Under the pieces are notes generated by a model, which saw only the letters and a program-made list of their open reading frames with translations, ran no database searches and was not told where the DNA came from. From contig JAZSQS010000035.1 in the NCBI GenBank assembly GCA_045538105.1, positions 4,059-68,058 of the forward strand: DNA of 64,000 nucleotides, written 5' to 3'. Numbering within the stretch: the first letter of the stretch is position 1; every line of letters begins with the position of its first letter. A program made the position numbers and the translations under genes. Shown one piece after another: positions 44,696-55,215 of the stretch. Origin of the DNA: Akkermansia sp. (GTDB lineage Bacteria > Verrucomicrobiota > Verrucomicrobiia > Verrucomicrobiales > Akkermansiaceae).

Positions 44696-45592
44696 ATGGC
44701 CAGGCAAGCATTAGGAAAAGGGCTGGGAGCCCTCATCATGAAAAAACAGGAAGGCAGCAGCTCCAGCAATAGCTCACCTGTCAATACAGTGGCTGATACA
44801 GACCGCGTCATCCTCGCCAAGGTATCAGATATCAAGGCCTCTCCCTTCCAGCCGCGCCGCCATTTTGATGAACAGCAGATTGAGGAACTTGCAGCCTCTA
44901 TCCGCGAGCGTGGGCTCATCCAGCCCCTTGTTGTCCGCAAGATAAACGGGACTTTTGAACTCATTGCAGGTGAACGCCGACTGCGGGCCATCACCAGTCT
45001 GGGGCAGAGCACAGTCAAGGTGGTTGTGCATGAAGCCACAGACCAGGAAGTTGCTGAACTCGCCCTCATCGAAAACCTGCAGCGCGCTGATCTCACCCCG
45101 CTGGAAGAAGCGGAGCAGTACCGTCTGCTCCAGGAGAGGTTCGGCATGAAGCAGGAAACGATAGCCCAGCACGTTGGCAAATCCCGCGCGGTCATTGCCA
45201 ACATGGTGCGTCTGCTGGAGCTGGAGCCAGAAGTGCGCGATTTGCTCAACCAGCAGCAAATTACCGTAGGTCATGCCAAGGTACTCCTGCAGCTCAAAGA
45301 TGCAGACAAACAGACCCTTGCTGCCCACCGGGTAGCCAGAGGCACACTCACAGTGCGCCAGACCGAACAATTGGTTCGCACCATGCTCAACCCTGTCGTG
45401 GCTCCGGTGAAGGAGGAACCCACCCTGCCCCCGGCATATGCCAGAGTCTGCTCCCAGCTTTCTCACGATTTTGGCACCCGCGTCAATATCTCCATGAAAG
45501 GAAAGAACAACGGTGTCATTGAAATCCCCTATGCAGGGCGCGAGGATCTGGTGCGAATCCTCCAGATTTTCGGAATCTCCGAATCCTTGTAA
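44696..45592 (+). CDS. parB: chromosome partitioning protein ParB/Spo0J
   Basis: ParB box motifs IKASPFQPRR and GERRLRA. HTH segment QETIAQHVGKSRAVIANMVRLL. Confidence 0.9.
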   Translation: MARQALGKGLGALIMKKQEGSSSSNSSPVNTVADTDRVILAKVSDIKASPFQPRRHFDEQQIEELAASIRERGLIQPLVVRKINGTFELIAGERRLRAITSLGQSTVKVVVHEATDQEVAELALIENLQRADLTPLEEAEQYRLLQERFGMKQETIAQHVGKSRAVIANMVRLLELEPEVRDLLNQQQITVGHAKVLLQLKDADKQTLAAHRVARGTLTVRQTEQLVRTMLNPVVAPVKEEPTLPPAYARVCSQLSHDFGTRVNISMKGKNNGVIEIPYAGREDLVRILQIFGISESL

Positions 45593-46506
45593 TGCGCCGT
45601 TTCCTTCCGCTCATCTTCCTGCTGGGCAGCTGCGACGAAAAGCCCGCAGCTCCTGCGCCAGTCCCAGCTCCACAGCAGAGCCACGCAGAGCTGGTGAGCA
45701 CCCCGGAGTTCAGCGGACACAACGCATACACACACTGTGCAGCCATCTGCGCCCTGGGGCCTCGCTACAGTGGCTCAGAGGCCTATGAAAAACAGCTCCA
45801 GCTCCTGGAAAAGCACCTGCATGCCGCAGGCTGGAAAACCGCCAGGGACTATTTTGTGGTGCCGAACGGAGTTCGCATGTGCAATCTCAGAGCCTTCCGC
45901 TCCACAACACCAGCCCCCCTGCTGCTCAGCTGCCACATTGACACAAAGGTCAACATCTCCCCCGATTTTCAAAGCGCAGATGATGGAGCCAGTGGTGCTG
46001 CAGTGCTGCTGGAACTGGCGCGCACCCTGAGCGATGAACGGGTGGAACTCATCTTCCTGGACGGAGAGGAATCCTTTGCCCCCCGCATGAGCGAAACAGA
46101 TGGTCTGTATGGCTCCAGGCATGATGTGGCACGCCGAGGCAAAACCCAGCCGCGCTGGCAAATCAACCTCGACATGGTAGGCGGCAGGAACAAGACCATT
46201 GCCATACCCTCGCTGGATACGTCAGATGCCATGTACGAGCAGTATACCGCAGCCATTCGCAGTCTGGGACTGAGTGAAGAGAAATGGACCGTCTGGCCAG
46301 GCAGCTACATGGATGACCACCTGCCCTACCTGGAGGCAGGGGTAGACAGTCTCAATCTCATCGCTGTTTTTTCCGGCAGCAACTGGTGGCACACTCCACG
46401 CGACAATATGAACCGCATCTGCCCACGTTCCCTGCATGAGAGCGGGCAGGTTGTTCAGCAGCTCATCCGCCAACTACTCAGCGGAGCGCCCTCAGTCTCA
46501 CCCTGA
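45592..46506 (+). CDS. M28-family zinc peptidase / glutaminyl-cyclase-like lipoprotein
   Basis: Lipobox LLGSC. DDGASGAAVLLELAR and FLDGEESF metal-site motifs. The ATG overlaps the parB TAA (TAATG). Confidence 0.75.
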   Translation: MRRFLPLIFLLGSCDEKPAAPAPVPAPQQSHAELVSTPEFSGHNAYTHCAAICALGPRYSGSEAYEKQLQLLEKHLHAAGWKTARDYFVVPNGVRMCNLRAFRSTTPAPLLLSCHIDTKVNISPDFQSADDGASGAAVLLELARTLSDERVELIFLDGEESFAPRMSETDGLYGSRHDVARRGKTQPRWQINLDMVGGRNKTIAIPSLDTSDAMYEQYTAAIRSLGLSEEKWTVWPGSYMDDHLPYLEAGVDSLNLIAVFSGSNWWHTPRDNMNRICPRSLHESGQVVQQLIRQLLSGAPSVSP

Positions 46507-47242
46507 GTTCGGCAGGCACTGCCGTGAAATCTGCGGGAGTATTCAAAGGCAAGGTCTGAATCGCATTGCCATCGGCACCATACACGGTGAGGGTGAGCAG
46601 CTTGTTTGCACCATGCAGCACCAGGATACCCTTTCCATCCTTAAACTGCAACGTGACCTCACCAGCCTCACCCAGCATCCACCCTCGCCCATTGCGGTTT
46701 GCATCACGCGCAAGGTGGCGGATTGCCTGCAAATGCTCTGTGACCTGGGCTGGTACAAAACCATCCGGCAAGGCTGCCAGTTGAGACACCACCGCAGCGC
46801 GGTGCTCACGCATCGCCCTGCGGATTTCCGGAGCTACCCGCAATGGTCGTACCTGGCGGTCGCCCCCTACGGCCTCGTGCGGGTCAGTCTTGGCAATATG
46901 CCTCCGCGGAGGCCTTGCACCCAGGACTATTTGCAGACTCTTGCGCTCCTTTCCTTGCAGCAATTCCACCTGAAGCACATCACCCGGATTCATCCCCATG
47001 ATGATTTGCCGCATTTCCCGGCGCGTCCGTACGGCTTGTCCATTCAAACTCAAGAGAATATCTCCTTCCTGAACTCCGGCTTGCCGGGCTGGGCTGGCAG
47101 GATGCACAGCAAGCACCAGCATACCGGCACCTGGTTCAAGTGCATCATCTGCCACCACTCCGAACATGGCGCGCGGTTTTTCGGCTGCACTCGCAAGGGG
47201 CAGCACGGCAGTCAGCAAACCAATAATCCCATGCAGTTTCAC
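46478..47242 (-). CDS. periplasmic PDZ-domain protein
   Basis: Signal peptide. PDZ core PARQAGVQEGDILLSLNGQAV...GDVLQVELL. Third gene of the ECF sigma operon. Confidence 0.75.
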   Translation of the reverse strand: MKLHGIIGLLTAVLPLASAAEKPRAMFGVVADDALEPGAGMLVLAVHPASPARQAGVQEGDILLSLNGQAVRTRREMRQIIMGMNPGDVLQVELLQGKERKSLQIVLGARPPRRHIAKTDPHEAVGGDRQVRPLRVAPEIRRAMREHRAAVVSQLAALPDGFVPAQVTEHLQAIRHLARDANRNGRGWMLGEAGEVTLQFKDGKGILVLHGANKLLTLTVYGADGNAIQTLPLNTPADFTAVPAELRVRLRALR

Positions 47243-47775
47243 AAATACTCCTCCTCCACTTCTACCTGTGTACTATTCGGCACGCGGATGACGGTCGTCG
47301 TATCTTCCGCATCCAGCACAAAAGAATCTTCATAAATGACCTGGTAATGGCGCACCGGGGCTTCACCCTGCCGCCATTCCACCTTACCGGAACTTCGGGA
47401 ATCGATGACGTTTCTGCTCATTAACCCCTGCTTATCCCCATCTGCCACGGCATTACGGGGCAGAAGCATCGTCACGGCTGTAGCGCAAAAGACCAGAGCA
47501 GCCGCAGCGGCAAACACACCTTTCCAGCCATAATGAGACCGCATCCCGCCGCGCCTGGCCTGCTGCTGGGCAACATACATCTTCACACCCAACTGACCAG
47601 TCAGGAGAGATGGCAGGGGCGCAGGAGAAAAACGGCGCAATACCTGCTCCACCTCACGGTACTCACGCTCCTCATCAGCAGCCTGGAGCATGGCGTTCAA
47701 CAAGCGGTTCTGCAGCGCTTTAGGCAGTGCGGCAGGAACGGTGCTTGCTGTGTCAAACTTTTCTGTTGTATTCAT
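47239..47775 (-). CDS. putative anti-sigma factor (single-pass membrane protein)
   Basis: Lies immediately downstream of the ECF sigma gene, overlaps the next gene by 4 nt, and has one TM helix (GVFAAAAALVFCATAVTMLL). Assignment is by position only. Confidence 0.5.
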   Translation of the reverse strand: MNTTEKFDTASTVPAALPKALQNRLLNAMLQAADEEREYREVEQVLRRFSPAPLPSLLTGQLGVKMYVAQQQARRGGMRSHYGWKGVFAAAAALVFCATAVTMLLPRNAVADGDKQGLMSRNVIDSRSSGKVEWRQGEAPVRHYQVIYEDSFVLDAEDTTTVIRVPNSTQVEVEEEYL

Positions 47776-47777
47776 TT

Positions 47778-48344
47778 TCAGAGCTCTATAGGGTTAGTTT
47801 CGATGGCCTTCCGCAAAGCCTGCAACGCATAGCGATAACGGGAGGTAATGGTCGATAGTTTATTCCCGGTCATATCCGCAATCTGCTGGAATGTATGATC
47901 GCCCCAGATATGGAGCACTACCACCTCAGCGTGTTCTGGCGGAAGTTCCCGGAGCATGGATTCCAAGCGCTCCCGCAGATATTCATCATCTGCGGCACTG
48001 CTCAGCCATGGTGTTTCCGCAACTCCCTCACTCAGTGTTTCCTGCTGGGCAGTAGCGTAGTTGCGGCGCACTTGTTCGCGGCGGCCGCGATCCATGGCCA
48101 AGTGGCGTATGGCCGTGTAGGCATAGGAGCGCCACTGGTCTCTGGTTCCGGAAAATGAACCACCCTCCACCGCATGCACCAACTGAACCAGTGCTTCCTG
48201 CAGCACATCTTCTGCATCTGCCTCACTGCGGCACTGCTGGCGGGCATATAATAACAACTGGGAGCCGTTCTCAGCCAGCCAGGATGACCAATCAATGCGG
48301 GAGTCCGCAGAATCTGTGGATGGTGGGGGATTCATCTCCTTCAT
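47778..48344 (-). CDS. ECF-type RNA polymerase sigma factor
   Basis: Region 2 (DAEDVLQEALVQLVHA, YAYTAIRHLAMD) and region 4 HTH (FQQIADMTGNKLSTITSRYRYAL). Confidence 0.85.
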   Translation of the reverse strand: MKEMNPPPSTDSADSRIDWSSWLAENGSQLLLYARQQCRSEADAEDVLQEALVQLVHAVEGGSFSGTRDQWRSYAYTAIRHLAMDRGRREQVRRNYATAQQETLSEGVAETPWLSSAADDEYLRERLESMLRELPPEHAEVVVLHIWGDHTFQQIADMTGNKLSTITSRYRYALQALRKAIETNPIEL

Positions 48345-48395
48345 ACTTCAGGCGTTTGTTACGTGTCAATTTATCTCAATAAAGCGCATTTTTCC

Positions 48396-48436
48396 AGAAA
48401 AAAGCACGCCCGCAGGCATTTATTCCTGCAGGCGTG
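48396..48436 (-). terminator. Rho-independent terminator after aspS
   Basis: Minus strand reads CACGCCTGCAGG-loop-CCTGCGGGCGTG (one mismatch) followed by CTTTTTTCT. Confidence 0.65.
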
Positions 48437-48459
48437 GAAAAACAGGCAACCCAGTGGCA

Positions 48460-50307
48460 TCAGGCCTGCTGCTCTGCAGCAGCCTTTTCTGCCTCCAGCT
48501 TCTGGCGCAGTTTCTCCGGCAGTTTCACCTGGATATGCACATCGCGCAGCTGGTTGGGCTCAGCAGGAGCAGGTGACTCGCTCATCAGGTCAGCCCCGCG
48601 GTTGTTCTTCGGGAAGGCAATCACCTCTCGAATCGAATCGCACTTACCAATGAGCATTACCACACGGTCAAGCCCCAGAGCCAGGCCACCGTGAGGAGGA
48701 GCACCGAAGGAGAAGGCGGCCAGCAGGTGGCCGAACTGTTCCTGAATAGTGGCATCATCCAGACCAAGGGCACGGAAGGTAGCATCCTGAAGATCCTTTT
48801 CATGGATACGGATGGAACCGCCGCCAAGCTCGTTACCGTTGAAGATAACATCATATGCCTCAGCGCAAATATCTGTTGATATCTCGCCCTTAAGCACCTT
48901 CTCGACATCCTCCGGCACGGGGCGGGTGAAGGGATGGTGGATGGCGCAGAAGCGCTGTTCCTCCTCATCCCAGCCAAAGAGCGGGAAGCGGTTCACCCAG
49001 AACAGGTCAACCTCATCGTTGTCCTTGAGAATCTCCATGAAGTCAGCACAGGCCAGACGCACGCGGCCCAGGATGGTGCAGCTCTGCTCCCAGGCACCGG
49101 CGGCGAAGAACACGCAGTCACCACTCTCAATGTTGAGGCGCTCCTTCAGAGCCTCAATCTCAGCATCCGTCAGGCGCTTGGTGATGGGGCTCTTCCAGCC
49201 GTCGCGGTCGTTCACGTCGCGCACCTTGATGTAGGCCAAACCCTTGGCACCAGCCTCAATGGCGGTCTGCGTCAGGGAATCCACCTGCCCCACGGAGGGG
49301 TTGAAGCCCTTGGCGTTGATGGCCTTCACCACACCACCGCAGGCAATTGCGCTGGAGAAGACGCGGAAATCACTGCTGGCGAAAATATCGGAGCAATCGG
49401 TAATCTTCATCTCAAAGCGGCGTTCAGGCTTGTCGGAACCGTACTGGTCCATAGCCTCATGCCAGGTCATGCGGGGGAACGGAGTCACGATATCGCGACC
49501 CACGGATTCCTTGAACACGCGCTTGAGCATTGCCTCAATCCAGCCGTAAATGTCCTCAGGGGTAATGAAGGAAGCCTCTATATCAATCTGAGTGAACTCA
49601 GGCTGGCGGTCAGCGCGCAGGTCTTCATCGCGGAAGCAGCGGGCCACCTGGAAGTAACGTTCCATGCCAGCCACCATGAGTAGCTGCTTGTACTGCTGCG
49701 GAGCCTGGGGGAGAGCGTAGAACGCACCAGGAGTCAAGCGGCTGGGAACCAGGAAGTCGCGAGCGCCCTCAGGGGTGCTCTTGGAAAGGATGGGAGTCTC
49801 AATCTCCAGGAAGCCCTGCTCATCCAGGTAGTCGCGCATAGTCTTAGTGATGCGGTGGCGCAGAATCATGTTGCGCTGCATTGCAGGACGGCGCAAGTCC
49901 AGGAAACGGTACTTCAATCGGATATCTTCATTGGCAATGTTGCGATCCAGCTGGAACGGCAGCACTGCAGCGGGATTCAGCACCGTCAGGGAGGTGGCCT
50001 CTACCTCGATTTCGCCGGTAGCCAGGTCAGGGTTAGTGGCGTCAATCTCGTCCGTCTTGAGGCGGCGCACCACCTTACCGGTCACCTGAATCACAGTCTC
50101 CACGCGCAGAGCCTCAGCCTGATTAGCAAGATTAGCGTCAATTTCCGGGTGGAAAACTACCTGGGTCTTGCCGGCTCGGTCGCGGAGGTCGATAAAAATC
50201 ACACCACCGTGGTCGCGCACGGTATCCACCCAGCCGACCAGCGTCACAACCTGGTCTACGTTAGCAGGGCGGAGCTCATCGCACGTATGGGTACGGTAAC
50301 TGTTCAT
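48460..50307 (-). CDS. aspS: aspartyl-tRNA synthetase
   Basis: Class II motif 2 (FRDEDLRADRQPEFTQID) and motif 3 (GGLALGLDRVVML). OB-fold N-terminus. ~30-aa helical C-terminal extension. Confidence 0.95.
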   Translation of the reverse strand: MNSYRTHTCDELRPANVDQVVTLVGWVDTVRDHGGVIFIDLRDRAGKTQVVFHPEIDANLANQAEALRVETVIQVTGKVVRRLKTDEIDATNPDLATGEIEVEATSLTVLNPAAVLPFQLDRNIANEDIRLKYRFLDLRRPAMQRNMILRHRITKTMRDYLDEQGFLEIETPILSKSTPEGARDFLVPSRLTPGAFYALPQAPQQYKQLLMVAGMERYFQVARCFRDEDLRADRQPEFTQIDIEASFITPEDIYGWIEAMLKRVFKESVGRDIVTPFPRMTWHEAMDQYGSDKPERRFEMKITDCSDIFASSDFRVFSSAIACGGVVKAINAKGFNPSVGQVDSLTQTAIEAGAKGLAYIKVRDVNDRDGWKSPITKRLTDAEIEALKERLNIESGDCVFFAAGAWEQSCTILGRVRLACADFMEILKDNDEVDLFWVNRFPLFGWDEEEQRFCAIHHPFTRPVPEDVEKVLKGEISTDICAEAYDVIFNGNELGGGSIRIHEKDLQDATFRALGLDDATIQEQFGHLLAAFSFGAPPHGGLALGLDRVVMLIGKCDSIREVIAFPKNNRGADLMSESPAPAEPNQLRDVHIQVKLPEKLRQKLEAEKAAAEQQA

Positions 50308-50369
50308 AATAAAAAGGTTAAGAAAAATCTAAACAAGCAGCACTCCCACAAGGAAATGCGGCGGGGTTG

Positions 50370-50397
50370 ATTCTACCCTTTCTAGCTTGATTGTCAA
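50370..50397 (-). promoter_or_regulatory. consensus-like sigma70 promoter TTGACA-16-TAGAAT
   Basis: -35 at 50392-50397 and -10 at 50370-50375, with a 62-nt leader to ATG 50307. Confidence 0.55.
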
Positions 50398-50422
50398 GCC
50401 GTTTTTGGGCTCAGTTACGGCA

Positions 50423-51409
50423 TCAGCCCTTGATTCCTGTGCAACGGGGGCAAGCCTCCACTCGGTGACCAGGGGCAATTTCAACAACGGGGAAGCGCTC
50501 CTTGAGTTCCGCCAACGGAACCCCCATACGCTGGCAGAAACGGCAGCCGTCCACATAATCACGGATAGAGGCCACATGACCGGGGATAGAAGGCAAGAGA
50601 GTCTTACGCGCATACTCCCGGCGCGGCATAGCCGCCAGGAGAGCCTTGGTGTACGCATGCTGGGGATTGGCAAACAACTCCTTTACCGGGGCACTTTCCA
50701 CAATGCGCCCGGCATACATTACCAGCACGCGGTCACAATGCTGTGCAATAACCCCCAGGTCATGAGTAATCAGCAGGGAGGAAGCACCCAAGTCTTCTCG
50801 CAATTCGCGCAGCAGAGCCAGGATTTGCTGCTGCACAGTCACGTCCAGTGCCGTAGTGGGTTCATCCGCAATAATCAACTCCGGTCGGCACGCCAGAGCC
50901 ATGGCAATCACCACACGCTGCCGCATGCCCCCTGAAAGGGAACCGGGGTATTGGTTCGCACAGATTTCCGCACTGGGAATCCGCACTCGGTTGAGGAGGT
51001 TGATAGACTCCACCCAGGCAGCCTCTGCTGTCATATCCCGGTGCAGCATGAGCGTTTCGGCAATCTGGTCACCAATAGTGTGTACCGGGTTGAGTGCGCT
51101 CATTGGTTCCTGGAAAATGAAACCGACCCGACCACCGCGCAGCTCCTGCAATTTGCGCTTCGACATGGAGACCACATCCTGCCCGTCATACAGAATCTGC
51201 CCCGAAACAATCTTGCCGTATGGCTGGGGGAGCAAGCGAACCAGGCTCATGGCCGTCACGCTCTTGCCACAGCCACTCTCCCCCACAATTCCCACGCACT
51301 TGCCGCGCGGCACCGTAAAGCTGATATCATCCACCGCGCGGGATAAGCCCCGCTCCGTTTCAAACGCAACACTCAGGTTCTTAACTTCCAGCAGATGAGA
51401 GGCACTCAT
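50423..51409 (-). CDS. ABC transporter ATP-binding protein, OppD/OppF type
   Basis: [27 protein letters not shown], and an Opp-type C-terminal Cys motif (GCRFCQR...CPRC). Last gene of the importer operon. Confidence 0.9.
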   Translation of the reverse strand: MSASHLLEVKNLSVAFETERGLSRAVDDISFTVPRGKCVGIVGESGCGKSVTAMSLVRLLPQPYGKIVSGQILYDGQDVVSMSKRKLQELRGGRVGFIFQEPMSALNPVHTIGDQIAETLMLHRDMTAEAAWVESINLLNRVRIPSAEICANQYPGSLSGGMRQRVVIAMALACRPELIIADEPTTALDVTVQQQILALLRELREDLGASSLLITHDLGVIAQHCDRVLVMYAGRIVESAPVKELFANPQHAYTKALLAAMPRREYARKTLLPSIPGHVASIRDYVDGCRFCQRMGVPLAELKERFPVVEIAPGHRVEACPRCTGIKG

Positions 51410-53616
51410 GGGGTCACAGCAGGTTCAGGTGGTAGCGGAATCTCCCTATCCACCTCCGGAAACGATTTACCGGAATGGCGGGCGCGCAGGGTTTCCTCTT
51501 TCATTTGTTCATCAATCCAATACAAGTGGCTATCCAGCGGGTCATAATAACGCGGCGGACAGAAGCGGCACTCCGGCTCATCCGGCCAGCGCAGCCAGCG
51601 CCACTGGGCAAAGCGCCAGTAGGAGGTAGTCCACCCCGGCACCCATGCCAGGGTTGAAGCTATCAACTGCTGGGCGTGGTGATGCGCGGCAACGGCCTCT
51701 GCTTCGGTCGTAGCCGCCTTGCATGCCAGAATCGCCCGGTCCAGCGAGGGTGAATTCGTTGCTGTGATATTGGAGGTACCCGGCATGGGGGTACCGTCTG
51801 CATGAAAGGCGTAGGCAGAATCAAAGAACGGAGCCGGGTCGGGCAAGGGGGGAGAAAAGCCCCAGGAGAAAATGGCTGCCTGGTATTGCTTGGCCTTAAT
51901 CCGGGTGTAGAGCACAGTATCATCCGTTTGCTCCAAGCGCAAATCCATGCCACAACGCGCAGCTTCCTCCCGCAGCACGTTCATGCAGTTGGTATAAAGC
52001 GGGTCAATACGGCTGCTCATCACCACCTGGAGGCGCGTGCCGTCCGGCTTGCACAAAATGCCGTCCGGGCCTTCCTCCGTATACCCAGCGCGAGCAAAGC
52101 ATTCACGCGCCTTGGTGGGAGAAAACGGCAGTGCCTTGATTGTTTCATCCGTATACTGCCCGAATCCGGAAAAATAGGAACCCAGGCGAGTGTAGTCACC
52201 GCGGAACACCGTATCCAGCACTTGCTGTACATTCAATGCATGATGGAAGCCGCGCCTCATCATTTTTTCATTAAAAGGCGGCAAGGAGCAGTTCAGATGA
52301 AAACCAAAGCAGTTACGCGGCCACACGTTGCTGAAATGCACACGCTGAATCCACCCTCGGTGCAAAGGCTCCATTTCCAGTCCCTCATACCAGATATCTG
52401 CCTCACGTGCATTGTACACATCTAATTCCCCCAAGCGGAACAACTCACGCACCTTGGTATTTTCCGATATGAAACGGTACACGATATGGTCCACATTGCA
52501 GGAATGCCTGGTGTAGCGGCGGTCTGCTGCCCACCAGTCCGGGACGCGGATGAGACTGACCTGGCGCCCCATGATGACGTCGTAGGGATTCACCGTATAC
52601 CCACCCGTGGTGGGAGCCACTCTCCACAAATAGCGGGTCGGATAATCCGGACCAAACTCTGCATAAAATGCCGTGCAGCTGGGAGGCAGTGCAGCATAGA
52701 ACGGAGCGTAGGGGCGAGCTGCCGCCAGCGTCACGGCAATATACTGATTCCCGTACACCGCAATGCGCGAGAAATTCCCCATGTAATAGTCATTGTAGAA
52801 CGGCTCCACACTGTACGGGGAAGTCCGCACATACAGGGAGGTGATGAAATCCCGCGCCGTCAGACGCGAGCCATCAGAAAACCGTGCAGCCTCATCAATA
52901 TGGAAGTACACCGTCCGCCCATCCCTGGAAACCGCCCAGCGGTCTGCCGTACCGGGAATCAGCTTACCGGTGCCAGGGTGCAGCCGAATCAGGGGCAAAT
53001 CAATATCATCATACAGATAACGCCGGAAAGCATTATTGCTGTTCGGTCCGAACACGCGGAATGTACTGGGAAATGACCGGTGAATGGCCAATCGCAACGT
53101 TCCGCCCTTGACCGCCTTGGGGCTTCCCAGCTCAGGCTGGTCCATACCATCCTGCCACACCAAATCCTCAGGCATCTGGTTTTCACGAAGGAACACCAGG
53201 TAATCCCCCTGCCCCATGCGGCGGCTGAGATTCATGAGATTCTGCCAGGTATTCTGAAAACGCGTTTTTGCGCGCTGCTGCCTGGAGCCCCCCGGCGCAG
53301 ATGTCAGGTACTGCACCATAGCTGAAGCGCACGTGTTGCGGGCTTCCTCCAGGTTCTGGATGACATATTCCCGCACCTTTTCATTCCAGCGGGCCGGGAA
53401 TCCGGCAAATCCCGGCGGCATATGCCAGCGCTTCGTATAGGTCGGTACGTCATCACTCTCTGCAAACCCCAGGGGCATGGTCAAATCCGACGGATGCCGC
53501 CACTCCAACCCCAGCGCAGCGCTATCATCATCACACCCGGTCAGCAAGAGGCTCCCCAGCAGCGTTAGCATGCTGAGCAGCAAGCGGCGTACCCATGTGC
53601 CATGAAATAAACTCAT
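51406..53616 (-). CDS. ABC importer substrate-binding lipoprotein, family 5 (peptide/opine/nickel), extended
   Basis: Lipobox LLTGC, 736 aa, family-5-like core (GGTLRLAI...). Context between the permeases and the ATPase. Confidence 0.75.
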   Translation of the reverse strand: MSLFHGTWVRRLLLSMLTLLGSLLLTGCDDDSAALGLEWRHPSDLTMPLGFAESDDVPTYTKRWHMPPGFAGFPARWNEKVREYVIQNLEEARNTCASAMVQYLTSAPGGSRQQRAKTRFQNTWQNLMNLSRRMGQGDYLVFLRENQMPEDLVWQDGMDQPELGSPKAVKGGTLRLAIHRSFPSTFRVFGPNSNNAFRRYLYDDIDLPLIRLHPGTGKLIPGTADRWAVSRDGRTVYFHIDEAARFSDGSRLTARDFITSLYVRTSPYSVEPFYNDYYMGNFSRIAVYGNQYIAVTLAAARPYAPFYAALPPSCTAFYAEFGPDYPTRYLWRVAPTTGGYTVNPYDVIMGRQVSLIRVPDWWAADRRYTRHSCNVDHIVYRFISENTKVRELFRLGELDVYNAREADIWYEGLEMEPLHRGWIQRVHFSNVWPRNCFGFHLNCSLPPFNEKMMRRGFHHALNVQQVLDTVFRGDYTRLGSYFSGFGQYTDETIKALPFSPTKARECFARAGYTEEGPDGILCKPDGTRLQVVMSSRIDPLYTNCMNVLREEAARCGMDLRLEQTDDTVLYTRIKAKQYQAAIFSWGFSPPLPDPAPFFDSAYAFHADGTPMPGTSNITATNSPSLDRAILACKAATTEAEAVAAHHHAQQLIASTLAWVPGWTTSYWRFAQWRWLRWPDEPECRFCPPRYYDPLDSHLYWIDEQMKEETLRARHSGKSFPEVDREIPLPPEPAVTP

Positions 53617-53619
53617 ATC

Positions 53620-55215
53620 TTACTCGTAATAGGAATGGCGCCGCGGATCCGTTGCCTCACGCACCGCTTCACCAATGAATGTGACCATGAGCAGTGTTCC
53701 CACCAGCGCCACGAATGCACTGGAAACAAGCCACGGGGAGGATAACTTAGACAAACCGTCATTCAACAAGCGCCCCCAACTGGCGTAGGTATCGGGCAAC
53801 CCGAAACCCAGGTAATCCAGCGAAGCCAGTGAAAGGATGACGGCCGCTACGCTGAACGGAACCAGAGTCACCACAATGCCACGCAAATTCGGCAGTATAT
53901 GCCGCAGCAGGATATGCGTGGTCCCGGCTCCCATCACCTTGGCGGCGGCCACGTAATCACGCGTTTTTTCCTTCATGGTTGCCGTGCGGACCAGGTAGGT
54001 CATGTGCATCCATCCAAACATGGCTAATAAGCTCAGAATCAGGAATAAGCCGCGTAACTCCAGCGGCACGAAATCCGACACAATCATAACCACAAACAAG
54101 AATGGCACCTGTGAGAGGATTTCAATGAAACGCTGCGTCACCAAATCAAACCTGCCCCCGAAATACCCCATGAGCATCCCCATAGTCAGGCCAATAAAGT
54201 AAATCACCGGCAGGTACAGTAGCGCCGCCTTGATGTTCACCTGCAGACCGCCATAAAGATAAGCCAGCATATCCGCACCCTGACTGTTCGTTCCCAGCAG
54301 ATGCCCCCCAGTCAAGGGCGGCGCCGGGTGGTAATAGAGCTTGCACTCACTTCCGACCGGGGTAAGGGAAAGGAATTTGCGGACATCGGCAGGGCCACGG
54401 TAATGCTCCTCCAGTAACTTGCCTGCCTGATACGTTGCAGAATATACCTCCCGGCGGTTCCTCAACCAGCCCTGCACATGGCCATCTGCCAGACCGCGAC
54501 GGTATCGTTGGCGCAAATGAGGCTGTCCGTCCTCATACAAACGGCAGGCTAGTCCGTTGTACGGGGTATCGCCATCCTCGTCATACAGCACACCATCCTT
54601 CCATACCAGAGGCTCAGATGGGAACGGTGCCGCATCCATCACCGGGTCATACGGCACCAAGGGCATGATGACAAAGCCCGGCACATCCGGTTCTCCAAGG
54701 CGTTCCTTGAGCGCCCGGTAATCAGTCTCAGCCTTGGCTTCGGCCCCGGTCAGGCCAAAGGTGGATCCCGGCAGCACAGCACGGGTCAATGCAGGGCTAT
54801 ACCAGTGCCCGTCATACGATACAAACAAGGCACGCTTACCCACCAGACACTGATCCAAGGCGGCCAGGAGAACAATCACGCCAATGGCAATTAGCGACCA
54901 GTACCCGCGCCTGATCTTCTTGAATCGCTCCACCTGCCGGGCATACTTGGGGGGCAGACGCAGACTCGATTCCCGGCGCACCAGCAGATATGCCCCCGCC
55001 AGGATTTGAAGAATCATGCAGAACCAGCCAAACCAATGCACCGTTCCCTCCACTGCAAGGTACGGAGCCAATTCTTCGCTACAACTCAGCACCGGGACCT
55101 CCCGACTCACCGTAAAGGGCCAGGATATGGTTGGCAGCAGCCAGCCATGCTGCTCCCCCAGCATACCCAGCAGGGCAGCCAGAATCAGAAGCAAGGCTGT
55201 AATATTCTTTGTCAT
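53620..55215 (-). CDS. ABC importer permease (OppC/YejE-like, long N-terminal periplasmic extension)
   Basis: C-terminal BPD-transporter membrane domain (...AAKVMGAGTTHILLRHILPN, an EAA-loop-like segment). 531 aa. Confidence 0.8.
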   Translation of the reverse strand: MTKNITALLLILAALLGMLGEQHGWLLPTISWPFTVSREVPVLSCSEELAPYLAVEGTVHWFGWFCMILQILAGAYLLVRRESSLRLPPKYARQVERFKKIRRGYWSLIAIGVIVLLAALDQCLVGKRALFVSYDGHWYSPALTRAVLPGSTFGLTGAEAKAETDYRALKERLGEPDVPGFVIMPLVPYDPVMDAAPFPSEPLVWKDGVLYDEDGDTPYNGLACRLYEDGQPHLRQRYRRGLADGHVQGWLRNRREVYSATYQAGKLLEEHYRGPADVRKFLSLTPVGSECKLYYHPAPPLTGGHLLGTNSQGADMLAYLYGGLQVNIKAALLYLPVIYFIGLTMGMLMGYFGGRFDLVTQRFIEILSQVPFLFVVMIVSDFVPLELRGLFLILSLLAMFGWMHMTYLVRTATMKEKTRDYVAAAKVMGAGTTHILLRHILPNLRGIVVTLVPFSVAAVILSLASLDYLGFGLPDTYASWGRLLNDGLSKLSSPWLVSSAFVALVGTLLMVTFIGEAVREATDPRRHSYYE

